Shown piece by piece: positions 63,179 through 64,000 of a stretch of DNA of 64,000 nucleotides. A program made the translations under genes and the position numbers. Positions within the stretch are counted from its first letter, which is position 1. Every line of letters begins with the position of its first letter. Below the pieces are notes generated by a model. The model did not search any database and had not been told where the DNA came from. It saw only the letters and a program-made list of their open reading frames with translations. Source of the DNA: Oscillospiraceae bacterium (GTDB taxonomy: Bacteria; Bacillota; Clostridia; Oscillospirales; CAG-272); contig SVSP01000003.1 of the NCBI GenBank assembly GCA_015064255.1, positions 60,044 to 124,043 of the forward strand. Reading direction: 5' to 3'.

Positions 63179-64000
63179 ATGAGTATGTACAAAAGCAAAG
63201 AATGCGTAGCTATGTTACTTGCAGGAGGACAGGGCAGCCGTCTCTACACACTTACCGAGAAAACAGCCAAGCCCGCTGTTCTTTTCGGCGGAAAATACAG
63301 GATAATTGACTTCCCGCTTTCCAACTGCGTAAACTCGGGCATCGATACCGTCGGAGTTCTTACGCAGTATCAGCCTCTCGTTCTTAACGAATACATCGGC
63401 AACGGTCAACCTTGGGACCTCGACAGATCTGTCGGCGGTGTAATGGTTCTCCCTCCTTATCAGGGAAACAAGTCTGCCGACTGGTATAAGGGCACCGCAA
63501 ACGCAATATATCAGAACCTTAACTTCCTTGACAGATACGATCCGAAATACGTTCTTATTCTTTCGGGCGACCACATTTACAAGATGGATTACAGCGCAAT
63601 GCTCGACTTCCATAAGGAAAAGGAAGCTGACTGCACTATCGCCGTTCTCGACGTTCCGCTTGAAGAGGCTTCACGTTTCGGCATTATGAACACCAAAGAT
63701 AACGGTGAAATATTTGAGTTCGAAGAAAAGCCCAAGCATCCGAAGAGCACGAACGCATCGATGGGTATCTATATTTTCACATACGAAAAGCTCAGAAAGT
63801 ATCTTGTTGACGATGAAGCTAACCCGAATTCCGAAAACGATTTCGGTAAGAACATCATTCCCTCTATGCTTTCGGGCGGTGAAAAGCTTTACGCTTATCC
63901 CTTTGAAGGCTACTGGAAGGACGTCGGAACTATTTCAAGCCTTTGGGAAGCAAATATGGATCTTCTCGGAAATCCCCCGAAGTTCGATATTCACGACAAG
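63179..64000 (+). CDS. glgC: Glucose-1-phosphate adenylyltransferase GlgC (5' part, continues beyond the window)
   Basis: Hand translation from the ATG at 63179 (AGGAGG 12 nt upstream) gives [54 protein letters not shown]. It is missing from the ORF track because there is no stop before nt 64000. Confidence 0.9.
   Translation, partial: MSMYKSKECVAMLLAGGQGSRLYTLTEKTAKPAVLFGGKYRIIDFPLSNCVNSGIDTVGVLTQYQPLVLNEYIGNGQPWDLDRSVGGVMVLPPYQGNKSADWYKGTANAIYQNLNFLDRYDPKYVLILSGDHIYKMDYSAMLDFHKEKEADCTIAVLDVPLEEASRFGIMNTKDNGEIFEFEEKPKHPKSTNASMGIYIFTYEKLRKYLVDDEANPNSENDFGKNIIPSMLSGGEKLYAYPFEGYWKDVGTISSLWEANMDLLGNPPKFDIHDK

Noticed and set aside
63215-63613. A 132-aa minus-strand ORF in the track.
   Set aside because: It is antisense to the clearly recognisable glgC coding sequence, which the track misses only because it has no stop inside the window.

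Overview
This is a 64-kb chromosomal segment of a moderately AT-rich Firmicute. Gene content suggests a Clostridia / Oscillospiraceae-type gut anaerobe: Rnf complex, T-box-controlled thrS, miaB-ylbF-mutS-mutL, nifS-nifU-mnmA, glgB-glgC, and BspA-type LRR and MucBP surface proteins. That assignment is an inference. I call 54 protein-coding genes (two cut by the window edges), one T-box riboswitch, ten sigma-A-type promoters (several perfect TTGACA-17-TATAAT), about ten intrinsic terminators and a four-copy intergenic repeat family. I saw no rRNA, tRNA, CRISPR array, transposase, integrase or phage genes. Most of the window is housekeeping: Fe-S/tRNA thiolation, mismatch repair, Rnf, FtsK, UppP, MltG and glycogen genes. 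I do not see a clear multi-gene novel system such as a defence island. The best leads are: (1) an intergenic repeat family with an invariant 18-nt palindromic core and covarying stem flanks (7.8 kb, 26.2 kb, two copies at 31.1 kb); (2) an ADP-ribosylglycohydrolase-like plus NUDIX pair with atypical motifs (14.2-16.2 kb); (3) an operon of a degenerate SH3/VanX-like protein with a zinc-ribbon / TM / short-blade RCC1 propeller protein (10.7-14.0 kb); (4) a two-gene AT-rich islet with foreign codon usage appended to a conserved operon (19.5-23.6 kb); (5) a regulator / acyl-CoA ligase / 2x TIM-barrel cassette next to a protein with a duplicated CxxC...CxxH module (50.3-55.1 kb); (6) a 1165-aa transglutaminase-MucBP-Listeria/Bacteroides-repeat surface protein operon (56.6-60.8 kb). 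All family assignments come from motif reading by eye. No searches were run.
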